Below are positions 10,549-19,624 of a stretch of 64,000 bases of DNA, piece after piece. Location: assembly GCA_963719495.1 (NCBI GenBank), contig CAVRCI010000013.1, positions 224,001 to 288,000 of the forward strand, given 5' to 3'. The position numbers and the translations under genes were made by a program. The notes under the pieces are model-generated. The model did no database searches, was not told the origin of the DNA, and worked only from the letters and a program-made list of their open reading frames with translations. The first letter of the stretch is position 1. Each line of letters starts with the position of its first letter. The DNA comes from an uncultured Verrucomicrobiae bacterium. Its GTDB lineage: Bacteria > Verrucomicrobiota > Verrucomicrobiia > Chthoniobacterales > JAATET01.

Positions 10549-11238
10549 CTACTCAGCATCGTCCGCTGCGGAAGGCGCCCTCATCCCAGCCGGAGTCGCC
10601 ATCGCCTCCAGCTCTCGGAAGACCGGCTCCGCACTCTGCGCCGCCACCGACCGGGGATACTGATCCGCCAGTCGCTGATACGTCTTCAAAGCCTCGTTGC
10701 GATCCCCTTCCGCCAGCAACAGCTCCGCTTTGAACAACATCGCCACCGGAGCCGCGAACGAATCCCCGGTCACGTCCACCACCGATTGGAGTTCGCCTTC
10801 CGCGTCGCCCGACTTCCCGACCAGCGCCAGATTCTCCGCCAACGCCACCTTCGCCAGTGGTGCGAATGGATGGCCCGGCTGCGCCTCCACGAATTTCGTC
10901 AGCGTCGCATTCGCTGCCTCGAGATCATCCGCATCCCGCTGCATCAGCGCCAGCAGCATCGCCGCGTTCCCGGCGACCACCTTGCCGCCGCGCTCGTCGA
11001 TCACCGCCCGCAATTCCTCCGCCGTCTTCGCGTTCGCAAACGCCGTCTCAGCCGCAATCCGAGCTGATCGCGCGACCGCGAACCAACTCGCCGCCACCAC
11101 GAGCACCACCAACAACGCAATCGCGCCGATGATCAGCCGCCCCTTGTGCTTCGCCCAGAAAACCTCGAAATCGTCGAGGTTCGAGTCGTAAATCGGTTCA
11201 TCCGTCGCTTCGGACGGAAGGTTAGTTTGGTTTGCCAT
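10549..11238 (-). CDS. YfgM-like membrane-anchored TPR protein
   Basis: FWAKHK plus a single TM segment followed by Ala/Leu-rich TPR-like helices. Confidence 0.7.
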   Translation of the reverse strand: MANQTNLPSEATDEPIYDSNLDDFEVFWAKHKGRLIIGAIALLVVLVVAASWFAVARSARIAAETAFANAKTAEELRAVIDERGGKVVAGNAAMLLALMQRDADDLEAANATLTKFVEAQPGHPFAPLAKVALAENLALVGKSGDAEGELQSVVDVTGDSFAAPVAMLFKAELLLAEGDRNEALKTYQRLADQYPRSVAAQSAEPVFRELEAMATPAGMRAPSAADDAE

Positions 11239-11249
11239 GATAAAGAATC

Positions 11250-12215
11250 CTACGCCGACACCGCCGCCCGCGCCTCGTCGGCCAGCGGCGTGCTCAGGTA
11301 GCGCTCGCCCGTCGAGCAGGCCACCGTGACGATGAGCTTGCCGGCATTCTCGGGCCGCTTCGCCAGTTCGACCGCCGCGTGCACGTTCGCCCCTGAGCTG
11401 ATCCCGCCGAGGATTCCCTCCTCCTTGGCCAGCCGCCGCGCCATCGCGAAGGCGTCGTCGTTCGAAACTTGAAAAACCTCATCCACCACGTCGAGGTGAA
11501 GGTTGTTCGGCACGAACCCCGCGCCGGCACCCTGAATCTTGTGCGGCCCCGGCTTGAGCGGTTCGCCCGCCCGCGTCTGCGTGATCACCGGCGATGCGTC
11601 CGGCTCGACCACCACGACCTGGAAGCCCGGCTTGCGCGACTTGAGCACCTCGCCCACGCCCGTCGCCGTCCCGCCCGTCCCGACCGCCGCGACGAAGATG
11701 TCGATCCCGCCGTCCGTGTCGTCCCACAGCTCCTCGGCCGTCGTTTTCTGGTGAATCGCCGGGTTCGCCGGGTTGTTGAACTGCTGCGGCATCCACGAGT
11801 TCGGCGTCTCCTCCACGATGGCCTCGGCGCGCGCGATCGCCCCCTTCATGCCCTCCGGCCCCGGCGTCAGCACGAGTTTCGCCCCCAGCATCGCCAGCAG
11901 AGTCCGCCGCTCGACGCTCATCGTCTCCGGCATCGTCAGGATCAATTTATAGCCCCTCGCCGCCGCCACGAAGGCCAGAGCAATCCCGGTATTCCCACTC
12001 GTCGGCTCGACGATCGTCGTCTCGGCGTCGATCAACCCCCGCTCCTCGGCGTCCTGGATCATCGCCATACCGATCCGGTCCTTCACGCTGCCCAACGGAT
12101 TGAAAAATTCGCACTTCACGGCGATCGTCGCCGGCAGTCCCTTCGTGATGCGGTTCAGTCGAACGAGCGGCGTGCAGCCCACCGTTTCGACGATGTCGTT
12201 GTAGATTTTACCCAT
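11250..12215 (-). CDS. cysK: Cysteine synthase A
   Basis: NPLGSVKDR (PLP lysine), PTSGNTG, GTGGT, PHKIQG and ERYLST motifs. Confidence 0.95.
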   Translation of the reverse strand: MGKIYNDIVETVGCTPLVRLNRITKGLPATIAVKCEFFNPLGSVKDRIGMAMIQDAEERGLIDAETTIVEPTSGNTGIALAFVAAARGYKLILTMPETMSVERRTLLAMLGAKLVLTPGPEGMKGAIARAEAIVEETPNSWMPQQFNNPANPAIHQKTTAEELWDDTDGGIDIFVAAVGTGGTATGVGEVLKSRKPGFQVVVVEPDASPVITQTRAGEPLKPGPHKIQGAGAGFVPNNLHLDVVDEVFQVSNDDAFAMARRLAKEEGILGGISSGANVHAAVELAKRPENAGKLIVTVACSTGERYLSTPLADEARAAVSA

Positions 12216-12292
12216 GGAGATCGCCCTTGTGAGGAAGTGGGAAGCTACCCAAGGCCCCTTGTCAGCGCAAAAGAATTCTCCTAACCTGACCC

Positions 12293-12571
12293 ATGGCCAC
12301 TCTCCTCACCGATTCCCAGATCTCCGACCACCTCGCCACCCTCACCGATTGGAAACTCGAGGAAAAATCCATCACGCAGACCTTTGAATTCAAGAGCTTC
12401 ACGACCGCCATGGAGTTCGTCAACGAAGTCGCCGACCTCGCCGAAGACGCCAATCACCACCCCGACATCGACATCCGCTGGAACAAGGTCACCCTCACCC
12501 TCTCGACCCACAGCGACGGCGGCCTCACCAAAGCCGACACCGACCTCGCCGCGCAAATCGACGACCTGTAA
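12293..12571 (+). CDS. phhB: Pterin-4-alpha-carbinolamine dehydratase
   Basis: NHHPDI and [11 protein letters not shown] motifs. Confidence 0.9.
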   Translation: MATLLTDSQISDHLATLTDWKLEEKSITQTFEFKSFTTAMEFVNEVADLAEDANHHPDIDIRWNKVTLTLSTHSDGGLTKADTDLAAQIDDL

Positions 12572-12711
12572 CGCCAGCATCCCGCTGGCAGGATCCCAGC
12601 GAGCGAAGCGCCCGCGCCACGACGAGCCCCTCGTCCCGGACTTGACGCCCACCCCGCGTGCGCTACGTATTCCCAAAGCGGGCCATCCCCGCCATCGATC
12701 TTTTTCACCAA

Positions 12712-12815
12712 TCCGTCGGCCTAGGAAAGCAAGGGTGGAAGTCCCTCACTGTCGCGCAAAGGTCATAGTCCGGTTTCGAACCGACGGAGAAAACCGCACC
12801 GCCCTGCGATGGGCA
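12712..12815 (+). ncRNA. Compact cobalamin riboswitch candidate (class II-like)
   Basis: 8-bp closing helix TCCGTCGG/CCGACGGA; core AGGAAAG-AGGGTGGAAGTCCCT-CACTGTCGCGCAA-GGT..AGTCCG; downstream hairpin GCCC-TGCGAT-GGGC able to kiss the TCGC loop; BtuM-like gene downstream. Confidence 0.7.
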
Positions 12816-12844
12816 ACGGCGCCGCGTAAGCGTCCGTGCGGGGG

Positions 12845-12913
12845 GAGTCCTTTCTGATTTTTCGGGGGAAAGGCTGTCCTAACACATCCCCGTGTCTCAA
12901 ATCAGAAAAACTC
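12845..12913 (+). promoter_or_regulatory. Hairpin sequestering the translation-initiation region (possible expression platform)
   Basis: GAGT..TTTCTGATTT (12845-12860) pairs with AAATCAGAAA.ACTC, which ends immediately before the ATG at 12914. Confidence 0.5.
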
Positions 12914-13609
12914 ATGATAAAGTCACTTCTTCGGAAGCTCCTCGTCGCGTCGACCCTTGCCGCCGCCGCACTCACCACGTCCCTTCAATCGGCCCCGATC
13001 ACGGGATTCGACGACATCCAACTCTGGTATGGCACCGGCACCAACCGCGCCGGCTTAGTTATCGACTGGAACGACGGCAAATCCTCCAACAGCCTCGCGT
13101 GGGGCTTTCGCTGGAACGGCACCGCCACCGGCGAGGACATGTTCACCGCCGTCGCCGGAGCCATCGCCACATTCGCCAGCGGCACTCCGGCACCCCCACC
13201 TTCCCCCGACGGTTTGGGCGACCCAAGTCTCGCGCTCTACCAGCGCCAGTTCTCGTCCGGAAATTCCGTCGACCGCATCACCTTCGATCTCAACGGCAAC
13301 GGTGCGCTGGACGCGGGTGACAACGACCAGAACAGCGATGGGTTCATGAATGGGTTTTGGAGCTATTGGAACGACGAAGGCACCGGCGACTACCCGACAA
13401 GCTGGACGGACGCACCAGTCGGTTTCTCGGACCGCGACCTCGTAAACGGAAGCTGGGACGCCTGGAGCTACGTTCCAGATTTCGACGGAATCCCACCCCG
13501 CGCCGCCATCGCGGCGGTCCCTGAACCCAGATCCATCTGGCTCCTGATCACCGCCGTCAGCACAGCCATCGTAATCGCCGTCACCCGCCACCGCCGTGCA
13601 AAACTCTGA
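12914..13609 (+). CDS. PEP-CTERM surface protein, Trp/Asp-rich (candidate corrinoid-binding)
   Basis: Signal peptide; C-terminal VPEP-TM-RHRR sorting signal; first gene after the riboswitch. Confidence 0.85.
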   Translation: MIKSLLRKLLVASTLAAAALTTSLQSAPITGFDDIQLWYGTGTNRAGLVIDWNDGKSSNSLAWGFRWNGTATGEDMFTAVAGAIATFASGTPAPPPSPDGLGDPSLALYQRQFSSGNSVDRITFDLNGNGALDAGDNDQNSDGFMNGFWSYWNDEGTGDYPTSWTDAPVGFSDRDLVNGSWDAWSYVPDFDGIPPRAAIAAVPEPRSIWLLITAVSTAIVIAVTRHRRAKL

Positions 13610-14385
13610 TGCGGCCGCATCGAAGTTTTGCAAGGTTTGGGGGTTTTCGTGCGTTCACGCTGATCGAGATTTTGGTGACCCTCGCGGTGGTAGTTGCTCT
13701 CGCGGCGCTCACTACCCAAGTCGCGCGCGCCGTCTACCTGCGATCTTCGCTGGCCGTGTCAGCGGCCAACATTCGGGCCCTGTCCGTGGGCGCGGCGCAA
13801 TACCTGGCCGAGAATAACCATCGCTTCTGGAAATTTCGCGAAGACTCCTCCGACGGGACAACTTGGTGGTGGGGGTTCGAGACAACAGCCAGTCGGGCTC
13901 GCCCGGAAGGTGATCGCACCTACGATCCAAGTCGCGGACCCCTCCGCGAATTCATCCCCGCAGGCACTCGTCCGGACCCCAGCTTCGCGTTGAGCGGCTC
14001 GGCGTTTAAACCAAAGTTCCAAAGTGGCTACGTCGGTGCCGGCTACAACGTCCTCCTCTGCGGCGGATTCGCCGGCACCCGGACCAATCCCCTCGCCGGT
14101 CGAAGCTACTGGGAACTCAGCGACCCTTCGAAAGTCGTCGTCTTCACCACCTCCGCTCAGGTCTACCCCTTCGGTTCCGCCAGCAAACCCCGGATCGAGG
14201 AGTTTTACGGCATCGACCAACGCGAGACGACCGTCCACTTCCGGCACGGAGGATCGGCCATGGTCGCCTACGCCAGCGGCGCCAGCGGCTTCCTCCCGCC
14301 CGACGAATCCACCCTCGACAAACGGGCACCCGAAGCGAAAATCGGTCGCTTCGCACCCGTCGGCAGCCGAAAATACCTGGAATGA
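13609..14385 (+). CDS. Prepilin-type N-terminal cleavage/methylation protein with a degenerate H-X9-DG motif
   Basis: RA|FTLIEILVTLAVV; C-terminal HFRHGGSAMVAYASG; TGATG coupling to the previous gene. Confidence 0.85.
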   Translation: MRPHRSFARFGGFRAFTLIEILVTLAVVVALAALTTQVARAVYLRSSLAVSAANIRALSVGAAQYLAENNHRFWKFREDSSDGTTWWWGFETTASRARPEGDRTYDPSRGPLREFIPAGTRPDPSFALSGSAFKPKFQSGYVGAGYNVLLCGGFAGTRTNPLAGRSYWELSDPSKVVVFTTSAQVYPFGSASKPRIEEFYGIDQRETTVHFRHGGSAMVAYASGASGFLPPDESTLDKRAPEAKIGRFAPVGSRKYLE

Positions 14386-14978
14386 AAACACCATCCGCCC
14401 GCCTCACCACCCCGATTCTCGCCCTCGCGCTCGGCCTTCTCCTCGTCGGAGCCTTCTTCCGCGTCATCCGACTCGAAGCCCTCCCCGCCCTCCCGAATTT
14501 CGCCCCCCTCATGGCCATCGCCCTCTGCGGTGCCCTCGTCCTCCCCGGTGCCGTCGCCATCCTCGTCCCGCTCACCGCCCTGATCGTCTCGGACGTCCTC
14601 CTCAACTTCCACTACGGCTACCCCGCCGTCGGCTCCGACGAGCTGCTCCGCTACGCCATTTACGGCATCGGCATCGCCTCCGGCATCGCCCTCCGCGGCC
14701 GCCGCGCCCCGATGATCTTTGGTGCCGTTGCCGCAAACTCGTTCCTCTTCTACCTCGTCTCGAACACCGCGTCCTGGTTCGGCAACTTCGGCTACGCGCA
14801 GACCGCCGCCGGCTGGGTTCAAGCCCTCACCGTCGGCCTCCCCGGATTCCCGCCCACCTGGGTCTTCTTCCGCAACTCCCTCGCCAGCGACCTCCTCTTC
14901 GCGGGCATCTTCCTCGGAGCGCTCGCCCTCGTGCGCCAGTCTCGCCAGACGCAATCGCCTCAGCTGGCAAAAGTTTAA
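14382..14978 (+). CDS. DUF6580/BtuM-like membrane protein (solitary ECF S-component-like)
   Basis: About 6 TM segments; PNFAPLMAIAL, FYLVSN..W, Y..T..G..ALT.GLP and FFRNSL.SDL motifs; ATGA overlap. Confidence 0.75.
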   Translation: MKTPSARLTTPILALALGLLLVGAFFRVIRLEALPALPNFAPLMAIALCGALVLPGAVAILVPLTALIVSDVLLNFHYGYPAVGSDELLRYAIYGIGIASGIALRGRRAPMIFGAVAANSFLFYLVSNTASWFGNFGYAQTAAGWVQALTVGLPGFPPTWVFFRNSLASDLLFAGIFLGALALVRQSRQTQSPQLAKV

Positions 14979-16111
14979 CTCTTCGCCGCGGAGTAGAGTT
15001 CTTCCAAAGAACTCAACAAAGCCGCCTCGGAGAATGCTTCCCGAACCGTCGCGGCACCCGCCCGCGCAACCCGCTCGAATAACGCCGGATCGCCCACCAG
15101 CCGCTCGACGGCCCGCGCCAGACCCGCCGCATCTCGCTCATCGACGAGCAGCCCATTTTCGCCGTCGATAACCACCTCAGGAATTCCCCCGTGCTGCGTC
15201 GCCACAACCGGCAGACCGCTCGCCATCGCTTCCAGCAGCGAATTCGGCACCCCCTCGGAGTCCCCCGCCGCCCCCTCACTCGGATGAATGAAAACGTGCG
15301 CCCGAGCCATGATCTCCTGCAAGCGCCCCTGATCCACGAAGCCCGCAAAATCCACGCGATCCGCCACCCCAAGGTCCTCCGCCAGAGCCCTCAACTCCCC
15401 CTCCATCGGTCCCGATCCGACGATCGCCAGTTCCGCGTTCGGCAAATCCATCCGCGCAAACGACCTCAGCGTGGTCGCCAGTCCCTTTTTCGCAATCAGC
15501 CGCGACGCCTGCACCAGCCGAATCCCACCGTCGTCCGGCAGCCACCGCTCGACGAACTCGACCTCTGGCACCACCGTCCGCACCACCCGCACTTTCCCGC
15601 GCGGACAACCCATCGCCACCAACCGCTCGACCAAAGCCTCCGACCGGCAAGCCACCCACGCCGCCCGCGCGAACAACTCCGCCCGGGCCGCCGCGTAACC
15701 CTCCGAGGCAATCGCCCCCGTCACGTCCGCCCCGTGAAACGACACGACGAACGGGATCGGCAGCCGCCGCAGCAGCGGCAGCAAATGCACCGCCACATTG
15801 CCAAAGAAAACGTGCAGCACGTCGACCGATTCCTCCCGCAACAGGTTCAGCACCGCGTCGCCCTCCCTTCCGCTAAGCTGCCACGGATGCCCGGTGAGAT
15901 ACCGCTCCACCGCCCGACCCCAGAACCGGAACGCCGTCCGCCGAACGAGGTGCAACCGCTCCGTCGGAAAAACGTCCGCGTTCTCGATCTTCTGAGCGAT
16001 CACGATCGGCCGAAAAATCGCCGAAGCCACAATCTGCCGCCACACGTGGTGCATTTCCGGCTTGAGATACGTCGCGCAGAAAAACGCGACCCGCGGCGGC
16101 CTAGAAATCAA
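14975..16111 (-). CDS. Glycosyltransferase family 4
   Basis: SFHGAD, RLIAKKG and EGVPNSLLEAMASGLPVVAT motifs; TTG start at 16111 inferred. Confidence 0.88.
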   Translation of the reverse strand: MISRPPRVAFFCATYLKPEMHHVWRQIVASAIFRPIVIAQKIENADVFPTERLHLVRRTAFRFWGRAVERYLTGHPWQLSGREGDAVLNLLREESVDVLHVFFGNVAVHLLPLLRRLPIPFVVSFHGADVTGAIASEGYAAARAELFARAAWVACRSEALVERLVAMGCPRGKVRVVRTVVPEVEFVERWLPDDGGIRLVQASRLIAKKGLATTLRSFARMDLPNAELAIVGSGPMEGELRALAEDLGVADRVDFAGFVDQGRLQEIMARAHVFIHPSEGAAGDSEGVPNSLLEAMASGLPVVATQHGGIPEVVIDGENGLLVDERDAAGLARAVERLVGDPALFERVARAGAATVREAFSEAALLSSLEELYSAAKS

Positions 16112-16412
16112 GCGCGAACAGGATAAACCCGCGAGGCTTACCGGGCTGCTCCGGATTCTCCGAGACCGTGCCATTCGTCCGTCCGTTCCCCGCCGACTTC
16201 GGAGCCGCCGGATTCACCAATTGCCACGGGCGGGTCTCGTTGAAGATTTTCGCAACGATCCCACCCACCGCCGGATCCGGTGCCACCGTGATCTGCTCGG
16301 TCGCTGGCTGAACCGGAATCTCCTCCTCCCCCTGAAAAACCACGAACTCCTGCCCCCAACTCCCAAACGAAGCAAACATCCCAAAAGCCAAAGCCAGCAA
16401 AAGCGTCTTCAT
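16101..16412 (-). CDS. Small exported hypothetical protein
   Basis: Signal-peptide-like N-terminus, PWQLVNPAAP motif, C-terminal Phe. Confidence 0.6.
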   Translation of the reverse strand: MKTLLLALAFGMFASFGSWGQEFVVFQGEEEIPVQPATEQITVAPDPAVGGIVAKIFNETRPWQLVNPAAPKSAGNGRTNGTVSENPEQPGKPRGFILFALDF

Positions 16413-16634
16413 AGCAAATGAGTAACCGTCAAGGAGCGGCGATTTGCAATCGCCGAACCAAGCAAACCGGCGAAGCCGGCAACAAAAACGAGGCAACCCG
16501 CGCCAGCGGGAGCCGCCCGCATCCCCTTCCCGCATCCTTCGCTACCTTCTGTTCAAAAGCTGCATCTGCATTCGATCGCTCAGGGTTGACTCGCTCGCCC
16601 CCGGTCGCCCGTCGAGTCAGCCAGCCGCCAGCGG

Positions 16635-18242
16635 TCACCCCCCAAATTCACGTCGGCTCGCCGCCACCAATTCCGCATACGTCTCCGACGGTCGGTCCCC
16701 CAAATGATCCTCCACCGACCGGTCCGAACCCGCCGCGTAGTCCACCGAAAACAGCCCAAACCGCGCCGTGTAGGAACCCCACTCGTAGTTATCCGTCATC
16801 GACCAATGCAAATAACCCACCACAGGACACCCCTCCCGCCGCAGCTTGGCGACCTCCGCCAAATGGATCCGCAGGAACTCGCTCCGAGTCATTGAATCCG
16901 ACCTCCGATCCGCGTCGCGATTGTCCCGCCGCCGCCGGTGCGCCATCCCATTCTCCGCGATGAGCAGCGGGCGGTCGTAAAACTTCGTGTAGTAATCGCA
17001 GAAAAAGTGCAGCCCCTCCGGCAGCATCCGCCAGTCCCACCACTTGCTCGTCATCCCATCCATCAACCAAGCCTTGAGCCCCTTGGTTTTGAACTCCAGA
17101 TCGCGGAAGTTCGGAGGCCGAAAGACGTGTCCCCCGAAAGGGTCGTAGTAATCGAGACCGATAAAATCCATCACCCGCGCCCGCTTGGAGGCCGCCAATT
17201 CATCAAGGTAGAACCGAAAATTCTCCGCCGTAAAATACCGCGGTGCCAGCCACCCAATGAACCCCGCCAGCACCCGCCCCAAAGTCACAAAAAATCCCCC
17301 CCGCAAAGGCAACCGAGCCGCCTTCAAAGCCAACCGCAAAGTCTCGTTATTTTGCGCAAAGAGCTTCGCAAGCCCCGTAGAATCGACATCCTCTCGATCA
17401 CCAACCCCGACGCGCGAAGCGCCACTCCGACCTTCGACCTTCCGACCTTCCGACCTTGGACCCTCAGCCATCACCCCGCCCGACTCCCGCAAAGTCAGCA
17501 AGTCCAGAATCACCTGATCCGACCAATACACGTCGCTGCAGAACGTGTTCGTCGTCACTTGCACGCCGCCCCATCCCTGATCCTCGTAAAGATCCTTGAT
17601 CACGTTGTAAGCCCGCACGTGCGCCGCCAGCATGCGATTGAGAACGCCCACTCCGGCCATCAAGCCCCGCTGCTTCCCTGGGAAATGCGGCGCAAGGTAG
17701 GTATTCTGGATCAGAATGTTCGGTTCGTTCAGAGTGATGATCCACCGGAGCGGCTCCGTCCCATGCTCGCCGACCAACCGAGCGTTGATCCGCTCAACGG
17801 CGACGCGCGTGTATTCCGAAAACAGCCCGACCGTCCGATCGTCCAGCCACGCGTCCACTCCCAGCCACGCCGGATGCGTGAAATGCTGCAGCGTCACCAC
17901 CGGCTCCAGCCCGCGCACCCGCGCCGCCGCGATCCGGTCCGCGTAAGCATCGATCGCCTCGAAATCGAACGCCGGAGCCTGATCCAATCGCGTCATCGAC
18001 GTCGAAGGCTGAATCCGCGGCCACTCCAACCCCAGCCGAAACGCGTTGAGACCCATGGCCCGCGCCCGGTCGAAATCCTCCTCGTAGCGCGACCAAAACT
18101 CCGCCGCCCGCCCCGTCGTCTCCACCCGCCCCGACCGCTCCGCCGCCGCCCAGTTATTCTGCGGCTCCCCGGCCCCGTTGTATCCACCCTCGCTCTGATA
18201 CCCCGAGGTCGAAACCCCCCACAAAAAATCCCTGTCGCTCAT
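16635..18242 (-). CDS. Glycoside hydrolase family 1
   Basis: FLWGVSTSGYQSEG, TLNEP (acid/base), IAENG (nucleophile), WSMTDNYEW; internal repeat-derived insertion. Confidence 0.9.
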   Translation of the reverse strand: MSDRDFLWGVSTSGYQSEGGYNGAGEPQNNWAAAERSGRVETTGRAAEFWSRYEEDFDRARAMGLNAFRLGLEWPRIQPSTSMTRLDQAPAFDFEAIDAYADRIAAARVRGLEPVVTLQHFTHPAWLGVDAWLDDRTVGLFSEYTRVAVERINARLVGEHGTEPLRWIITLNEPNILIQNTYLAPHFPGKQRGLMAGVGVLNRMLAAHVRAYNVIKDLYEDQGWGGVQVTTNTFCSDVYWSDQVILDLLTLRESGGVMAEGPRSEGRKVEGRSGASRVGVGDREDVDSTGLAKLFAQNNETLRLALKAARLPLRGGFFVTLGRVLAGFIGWLAPRYFTAENFRFYLDELAASKRARVMDFIGLDYYDPFGGHVFRPPNFRDLEFKTKGLKAWLMDGMTSKWWDWRMLPEGLHFFCDYYTKFYDRPLLIAENGMAHRRRRDNRDADRRSDSMTRSEFLRIHLAEVAKLRREGCPVVGYLHWSMTDNYEWGSYTARFGLFSVDYAAGSDRSVEDHLGDRPSETYAELVAASRREFGG

Positions 18243-18760
18243 CAACCGACGGACTCTAATCCCATTCCACGTCGAGCCGCAAGCCGCCGGAAGAGCGGCA
18301 AACATTTCTTGACGGACGACTGACAGCCCAGACAAATCAGGGTCTGCGGGGACGATAAGGGTCTCCGAGTCCCCAAATCAGCGGATGGGAAAATGAACGA
18401 AGGTCATGGATTACGCTTTGTCGGTGGAGACCGCGTTTGGGGGAAGCCTTCGACGTCGATGGACTCGAGCATTTCGCCGAACGTGGCTTCCCGCACCTGA
18501 CTCCTCAGCGCCAAGTCGCGGAACAGCTACTTCTCAAAATTTTTCACGCCGAAGAGGTTCGCGAGAGCGTGCTGGCGTCAGCTTGGTGTCGAATTCTTAA
18601 CAATTCGCGGTTCGAATGCATCGCCGCCTTCGCTATTCTCCGCTCGGAAAACATCATCGGCAGTCGAATTGGCCCGATCTGTGCTCCATGCTTGAACACA
18701 GTGTCCGATGGACAGTTCCAAAGCAGCAGCAAACTACCCTACCAAAATCCGCACAAACCC

Positions 18761-19498
18761 ATGAAAAAGACACTCCTTGCCTCTACCTTCGCTCTATCTG
18801 CCGCCCTCGTCGGGCAAGCTCAGGTGCTCTTCAACGAAATCAGCGCGAGCACCACTAGTACCGATCTCGAATTCGTCGAATTTTACTCGACCATTGCTAA
18901 CGCCGACCTCTCGGGATTCACTTGGCTCCGGATTGAGAGTGGCGACACCGGTCAATTTGGCGACGTGACGAACGGAGCCAACCTTGGAACCGCCACCGGA
19001 AATCTTTTCTTTTCGAGCACCTTTGCCGGCGGTGCGCTGGAGAATGGGGCATCCACCTTCCTGCTCGTATCGAACTACACTGGAACATTCACGTCGACAG
19101 ATCTCGACACCAACGACGACGGAACCTTCGACGTGACGCCATGGGATGCGATCATTGATTCTGTTGCTATCAACATCGACAATGATGACACCGTGTTTTT
19201 CTACAGCCCTGTCATCCTCGGCCCTGGAATCGATGGCGCGACAAGCACGTTCGGTCCGGGGGGCGCGGCACTAAAGGCGGATGGCGTCGGCGGAAATGCT
19301 TCCAATTGGGTCCGTCTGGACTTCAGCCAAAACACCAACGGATCGACACCGAACACGCCGTATGCGCTTAATCCTGGGGTCGACTACGACCCGACCGGCG
19401 GTACTCTCAATGCGGTTCCCGAACCCAGCACCATTGCCATGCTCATCTTGGGAATCGGCTCTGGATTGCTCGCCCTGCGTCGCCGACGCGCAGCCTAG
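18761..19498 (+). CDS. PEP-CTERM surface protein (lamin-tail-like N-terminus)
   Basis: Signal peptide, VLFNEI..EFVEF, C-terminal VPEPS-TM-RRRR. Confidence 0.85.
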   Translation: MKKTLLASTFALSAALVGQAQVLFNEISASTTSTDLEFVEFYSTIANADLSGFTWLRIESGDTGQFGDVTNGANLGTATGNLFFSSTFAGGALENGASTFLLVSNYTGTFTSTDLDTNDDGTFDVTPWDAIIDSVAINIDNDDTVFFYSPVILGPGIDGATSTFGPGGAALKADGVGGNASNWVRLDFSQNTNGSTPNTPYALNPGVDYDPTGGTLNAVPEPSTIAMLILGIGSGLLALRRRRAA

Positions 19499-19535
19499 GC
19501 CGCTTTCCATCAAGTGGCCCCTGGATGGTGAAATT

Positions 19536-19578
19536 CAGCAAACCCGGGTGAGATTCCGACTCGCCCGGGTTTTTGCTG
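19536..19578 (+). terminator. Rho-independent terminator
   Basis: AAACCCGGGTGAG...CTCGCCCGGGTTTTT hairpin with T-tract. Confidence 0.7.
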
Positions 19579-19624
19579 CCGCGATCTAAAAAGTTCAGCT
19601 GTCGCCTAGACCAATCGACCCACC

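Noticed and set aside
18340..18760. Lower-GC intergenic region or N-terminal ORF extension as an ncRNA or gene
   Set aside because: No recognisable structure or motif; the true start is the signal-peptide ATG at 18761
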